DNA of 36,849 bases, taken from the UHGV virus genome UHGV-0209063; one strand, written 5' to 3'. The notes beneath the pieces are model-generated. The model was not told the origin of the DNA. It saw nothing but the letters and a program-made list of their open reading frames with translations, and did not search any database. Positions 36,627 through 36,849 of this stretch are shown one piece after another. This DNA comes from a virus. Both the position numbers and the translations under genes were made by a program. Numbering within the stretch: the stretch's first letter is position 1; every line of letters starts with the position of its first letter.

Positions 36627-36849
36627 TAAGAGGAGAACCAGGTAACTACACCCGGTTCATTTTTAGATAAAAAAATATTCCGTAGTATGTTACTACGGAA
36701 TCAGGATTGGAAAATAAAAAAACGATTTTTGATATTATTCTATCTATAAAAGAAATTGTAATATTTTGTAGGTTTTTTGGCTTTTCAGTTGTTGTATATA
36801 TTAGAGATTTTATAGTATGTGAAATAAAAATAAACAGGGGGCAAGTGAT

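Larger units (their letters stand above)
1..36849. mobile_element. Temperate podovirus-like phage genome, probably complete (possibly the excised/circular form)
   Basis: Immunity, replication, packaging, head, short-tail, lysis and serine-integrase modules are all present. No tail tube, sheath or tape-measure gene and no host housekeeping genes seen. Confidence 0.9.

Overview
The window is best read as an apparently complete ~36.8-kb temperate, short-tailed (podovirus-like) phage genome from a Firmicutes host; Clostridia/Lachnospiraceae-like is my inference from protein families and RBS/promoter style. Gene order is: secreted-protein gene, CI-like repressor with divergent promoters, early genes (two paralogous antisense wHTH-TM genes, HNH, ParB-like, DUF4406, HUH rolling-circle-type Rep), TerS/TerL, portal, a phage-encoded Prp protease, scaffold, N4-gp56-type capsid, adaptor/nozzle, ejection proteins including a 2732-aa polyvalent protein, a BppU/SHAEG-repeat fibre, holin, M15 endolysin, a large serine integrase, and an AT-rich accessory region. 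A 52-bp inverted repeat next to the integrase looks like an intact attP, and the 3' end of the window reads on into the first ORF, so this may be the excised circle. Most notable: (1) an SF2-helicase + small-protein cassette between ~133-bp direct repeats that carry a micro-ORF and a promoter-like motif (candidate undescribed anti-phage system in a cassette locus); (2) an in-frame, AT-rich nuclease-like domain inside the giant virion protein, bracketed by 87-bp direct repeats; (3) a four-copy phage-specific promoter motif; (4) Prp cleavage motifs on scaffold and capsid; (5) a single ATGA->ACGA change that removes the Rep stop and the start of a hidden gene. Family calls are by motif recognition only; no searches were run.
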